Shown one piece after another: positions 60,183 through 64,000 of a stretch of DNA of 64,000 nucleotides. A program made the translations under genes and the position numbers. Numbering within the stretch: the first letter of the stretch is position 1; each line of letters begins with the position of its first letter. The notes beneath the pieces are model-generated. The model did no database searches. It had not been told where the DNA came from and worked only from the letters and a program-made list of their open reading frames with translations. This DNA comes from an uncultured Planctomycetia bacterium (lineage in GTDB: Bacteria; Omnitrophota; Gorgyraeia; Duberdicusellales; 4484-171): NCBI GenBank assembly GCA_964455085.1, contig CAYVYJ010000008.1:1514-65513 (forward strand), in the 5' to 3' direction.

Positions 60183-61364
60183 TTACTTGCTAACATACCT
60201 CCTGCAAATCTCTGCTAATTTTTTTGCATAGCCCTCCCAGGTGTAACTCTTAGCCCTTAACCAGGCTTCTCGACCCATCTGCTCTGTCTTAACCTTATCG
60301 TTAAATATTTTATTAATACAATTTAGGAGTTCTTTAGAATTTCCTCTTTCCGGAAAATATCCCTGCACCCAGTTTTCAAACAAATCAGCAGCACCAGAGC
60401 CTTTAGGAATGATTATCGGACATCCGCAGGCCGCAGCTTCCAGTGACTGCATGCCAAAAGCTTCATGGACAGGATGAACATGAACCATAGCCTCTGAACA
60501 TAATTTCATAATCATCTCTTCATCTAAAGGACCAATCAATTTAACCCTATCTTCTAACTTTCTTTTTCTGACTTCTTTCTGAAACTCCCCACGCAGTGTT
60601 AGTGGGTGCCAAAAACCACCAATGGTTAATTTTATATCCTTTTGATTCAACCCCTCTAAAATGTCTAAAAAAACATTAGGGATATTTCCAATATCCCAAC
60701 GGTCGTAGGTAAGAATCATCTTTTTACGAGAAGAAAATGCAGGCAATTGGTCTTTCACGAAACATCCTGGCACCAATATCTCTAAGGGTTTCTTAGTTAA
60801 CCTCTTAAAATGCTGATGATGAAATTTACCGCTGGTAATTATTGCTTTTGCCTTGGCAAAGGCAAACTTATCCAATATCCTTGCCCCCAAATAAAGAAAA
60901 GGATACTTCCAACCAAATCTATTCTTGTATATTTTGCTAGCTGTAAAAGTAGCTGGATCCCAAACTAGTAATAAGAATGGTATTTTACAATGTTTTTTAA
61001 TATTTCGGGCAGCAAATGTACTATATTGACAATTTGCAATAATTAAATCAAATTCATTTCTCCTGATGCTTCGATGGGCAAAAAACCAGCTAGCAATATG
61101 GTGCAAAGAAAAGAATGACATTCCGGGAAACTTGAAATTTATTCTCTGAATCCATTTAGGAAACTTAGAAAATAAATACTTCACCTTCACGCCTTGAAGA
61201 TGAAAATCGTAATGCTCTTTATTATTCTTCCAATGGTCTTTCTCAATAATTATCAAGGCTTCTGCATTAAGGCCTAATTCCTTTAGTTTACGAATCGGCC
61301 AGCCGATAAGTTTGGGGGCACTTCCGGGAGCTATTTCATCAACTAAAATTCCTATTTTCATCAA
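60183..61364 (-). CDS. Glycosyltransferase family 4
   Basis: EAFGMQSLEAAACG (EX7E motif). Confidence 0.88.
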   Translation of the reverse strand: MMKIGILVDEIAPGSAPKLIGWPIRKLKELGLNAEALIIIEKDHWKNNKEHYDFHLQGVKVKYLFSKFPKWIQRINFKFPGMSFFSLHHIASWFFAHRSIRRNEFDLIIANCQYSTFAARNIKKHCKIPFLLLVWDPATFTASKIYKNRFGWKYPFLYLGARILDKFAFAKAKAIITSGKFHHQHFKRLTKKPLEILVPGCFVKDQLPAFSSRKKMILTYDRWDIGNIPNVFLDILEGLNQKDIKLTIGGFWHPLTLRGEFQKEVRKRKLEDRVKLIGPLDEEMIMKLCSEAMVHVHPVHEAFGMQSLEAAACGCPIIIPKGSGAADLFENWVQGYFPERGNSKELLNCINKIFNDKVKTEQMGREAWLRAKSYTWEGYAKKLAEICRRYVSK

Positions 61365-61408
61365 ACTTTAATCTCCTTTGGAATCCTTAGTAACAAATAT
61401 TTTCTTAC

Positions 61409-62425
61409 TCATACTTTTCCCCCTCTTAAAAATTCTCTAATCATCTTCCTGCCTTCAGGCCTAGTCAAAGTAAGATAAATATAAGTTGCAGCTTGAAAAA
61501 AACTAACTACCGGGTGGTATAGCCAATAAATGTTTCTGTCGCGTATCATGAGCCATAAAGCATGGGCCAGGGAAAATACAGGGATAATACTATAAACGGC
61601 CCATAAAAAAACTTTGGTTTTAAAACCTCTACTGACAATCCAACCTAAATTTCGTGTTTTTCTCTGTTGCAGGAAGTGACTGACATAATTTCTCCTCCAC
61701 TTCGAAACCCACTGACTTAAAGAGCGCAAATGGTGATGGCAAACAAATAAATCCTTAAAATAGATTACTTTATTCTTACCACCCTCTATTAAAACTTGAA
61801 AAACATCATTGTCACCTAAGAAACCTTTTCTTAAAATGATATCTCGAACCCAAGCAGTCCTATAGGTAAGTCCATTTGCACCCCAGATAAGAGACCGTCC
61901 TTCCTCTATCTCGAACAAATAACCTGTTCTGCCATCAAAGTTCATTCGAGATGCCTTCTTTAAATAACGTCCGAGATTTTTGCTAATACAAAAAGAGAGT
62001 GGATCATTCTGAATGAGTTCATAATAGCGATTAATTTTAGAATCTCCTGGAGATGGAATCATCTTACACCAGAATGTAGAAATATCTTTGTCTGATAAAA
62101 AAATCTGATTAATCGTTTTTAGCCAATCTCTTCCCACTAAACTATTATCAGCGGCAAAGGCTACGAAAAGCTCTCCGGTTGCCTCTTTTGCTGCAATCTT
62201 TGCGCCAAAATCAGCTAATCTTTTAGGATTAGAAAAGATCTTTACGAATTTATACTTAGAAGCAATTTCTACTGTTTTATCTATTGACTCACCGTCAACA
62301 AGTAAAACTTCGATTTTATCCTGGGGGTAATCTTGACAAGCTATGCTATCCAAACATTCCTTAATCATCGCCTCTTCGTTGTAAACCGGAAGAGAGAAAC
62401 TAAATTTTAAAAATTTATCACTCAT
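61409..62425 (-). CDS. Glycosyltransferase family 2
   Basis: LPVYNEE, VDGESID, AADN, GDND. Confidence 0.85.
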   Translation of the reverse strand: MSDKFLKFSFSLPVYNEEAMIKECLDSIACQDYPQDKIEVLLVDGESIDKTVEIASKYKFVKIFSNPKRLADFGAKIAAKEATGELFVAFAADNSLVGRDWLKTINQIFLSDKDISTFWCKMIPSPGDSKINRYYELIQNDPLSFCISKNLGRYLKKASRMNFDGRTGYLFEIEEGRSLIWGANGLTYRTAWVRDIILRKGFLGDNDVFQVLIEGGKNKVIYFKDLFVCHHHLRSLSQWVSKWRRNYVSHFLQQRKTRNLGWIVSRGFKTKVFLWAVYSIIPVFSLAHALWLMIRDRNIYWLYHPVVSFFQAATYIYLTLTRPEGRKMIREFLRGGKV

Positions 62426-62426
62426 A

Positions 62427-62696
62427 TTAACTTACCCCTTTAGAAATATCTTCAAGATTTGAAATTAGAAAATCCGGCTTCTCTTTATTTACCAACATCC
62501 TTGTCCTTATCCCGCTAGTTACGCCTATAAAACCGGCTTTTTTAAAAATCTTTGGCCACGAAGTCTTCTTCTTCTTCAGACCCCAAAAGGCTCTTTTCCC
62601 AAGCTTTAATTTGCCTCCAGCAATATCAAGAAATACCTTATAGTATCTCTTCGATACATCAAGAATTGGTCCGTCAAAATCAAAAAATATCTTCAA
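62427..62696 (-). pseudogene. HAD-family phosphatase with a large in-frame internal deletion
   Basis: Motif I FDFDGPILD is joined directly to the C-terminal IGVTSGIR...PDFLISNL. Motifs II-IV are absent and the ORF is only 89 aa. Confidence 0.7.
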
Positions 62697-63691
62697 GACA
62701 AACTCTTTTTCTTAGAAAATAAATATTTTTCTTCCCAATACCTCATCATGTAGCACCCATCTACAAAATCTAACTCTTGAGGAGTTAAATCTAAAGGGGT
62801 CTTCGACCCCAGATGCATTTTTATAAGCAATAAGGGCAGGTTAACTCCAGCTTCTACGGCAAGAGGGAGGCCGGCGCCAAACTTAGGATTAACTTCAATC
62901 AAATAAAAATCATTATTTCTCTCAATAAATTGGATGTTACAGGGTCCGTTTATATCAAATTTCTTAGCAATTTCCTTAGCCAGACTCATTAGTTTCTCAT
63001 TTTTAACAGTTTTCCCTTTAAAAATCTGCCCGGCTTTTACTACGATCCGTTCCCGAGGAATTGCCTGAAGGATTTCACCCTCTGGTGAAGCAAGAATGTC
63101 CACTGTATATTCTCTTCCTTCAATGCGTTCTTGCCATATATATTCTTTTATATTGCCAATTTGCAGGCCCTCAAGTTGTTTCTCATTCTCAATAAAGTAA
63201 AGGTCTTGACTACCACGCCCATTCAATGGCTTTATAACGCCTGGATATTGAGCGACATTTTCGTTTGAATTAATACCTATTTTAGCAGTATGCGGGCATC
63301 TGATATTATTCTTTTCACAAAACTGATAGGTTTGCCACTTATCATTAGTCCGTTTAACAACTTCTAAATCATTTACCAAAACTTTTATCCCTAACTTATC
63401 ATTAAATACTTTCTTCTCAGCAGCAAAAATCGCTAATTCTTCATCGATTATAGGAATTATTACCAAAACATTTTTATCTTTACAAATTTTCTTTATTTTA
63501 GGAATAAAATTTGAGTCGTTTGAGGCCGGGGTTATACAGTAGTCATTTGCCAGTTGAAATCCTGCTGAATATTCGCCCATATCAATAGCAATAATATTTA
63601 TGTCCAGTTCTTTCTGCTTACGCAAAGCCTTAATTACACTGATTGCTGGCGTAGAACCGGCACTGCTCACTAGAACATTAATCTTCTTCAT
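62693..63691 (-). CDS. ATP-grasp domain protein
   Basis: NDKW, IKPLNGRGS, QERIEGREYTVD, IEVNPKFGAG. Confidence 0.88.
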   Translation of the reverse strand: MKKINVLVSSAGSTPAISVIKALRKQKELDINIIAIDMGEYSAGFQLANDYCITPASNDSNFIPKIKKICKDKNVLVIIPIIDEELAIFAAEKKVFNDKLGIKVLVNDLEVVKRTNDKWQTYQFCEKNNIRCPHTAKIGINSNENVAQYPGVIKPLNGRGSQDLYFIENEKQLEGLQIGNIKEYIWQERIEGREYTVDILASPEGEILQAIPRERIVVKAGQIFKGKTVKNEKLMSLAKEIAKKFDINGPCNIQFIERNNDFYLIEVNPKFGAGLPLAVEAGVNLPLLLIKMHLGSKTPLDLTPQELDFVDGCYMMRYWEEKYLFSKKKSLS

Positions 63692-64000
63692 CTAATCAGT
63701 TACCTTTACTGCTTTACCGCCGCTGGCTATTGATTTTTTTGCTGCTCCTAATACCGCTACAGCATCTAGACCTCTCTTTAAATAGCTATTGGCGGCCTTT
63801 CCTTTTCTAACAAAACTGATAAAATCTTCACACTCTATTAACAAAGGCTCTCTTATCTTAATACTAGAAGCAATTTCTTGCCCAGATTTTATAATCATCT
63901 TAAATTCTTCAAAAGTATGATAAGGCTGCTCGTACTTTCGCTTCATGACCCGCTTATCATAAATCTTTATCGGATGAGTGTAATCTAAATCATTAAACAT
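63692..64000 (-). CDS. C-terminal part of a probable Gfo/Idh/MocA oxidoreductase (5' end outside the window)
   Basis: IKIYDK, EPLLIECEDF, GLDAVAVLGAAKKSIASGG.AV tail. Confidence 0.7.
   Translation of the reverse strand: MFNDLDYTHPIKIYDKRVMKRKYEQPYHTFEEFKMIIKSGQEIASSIKIREPLLIECEDFISFVRKGKAANSYLKRGLDAVAVLGAAKKSIASGGKAVKVTD

Noticed and set aside
1-64000. CRISPR array, rRNA, transposase or prophage genes
   Set aside because: No regularly spaced repeat-spacer series or matching ORFs were seen

Overview
AT-rich bacterial chromosome segment, mostly coded on the minus strand. The gene content and short palindromic intergenic repeats resemble Candidatus Omnitrophota, which is an inference I cannot verify here. 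From left to right: (1) the edge of a probable integrated element that interrupts a tRNA-Phe(GAA) gene just 3' of the anticodon; (2) a small glycan-modification locus (GT-C, radical SAM, GT2, B12-radical SAM, and an AsnB-like gene with a premature amber stop); (3) aroC-pilD-aroE and branched-chain/aspartate-family amino acid genes (leuA, ilvC, ilvN, ilvB, cimA, lysC, cstA, apgM); (4) trmI, then an ACT-GH1-cNMP/patatin-DUF3108-like-lpxA operon; (5) uvrD-cinA-thpR facing pgpA-pgsA-rimO-rodZ-ftsK-pnp-rpsO; (6) xseAB and a long LPS/surface polysaccharide cluster. The main unexplained features are the split tRNA with an att-like core, a 73-bp covarying repeat just upstream of two start codons, a hairpin insert flanked by 10-bp direct repeats, and up to four genes apparently collapsed by internal deletion that keep only their two ends. 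No CRISPR array, rRNA, integrase or transposase gene was seen.
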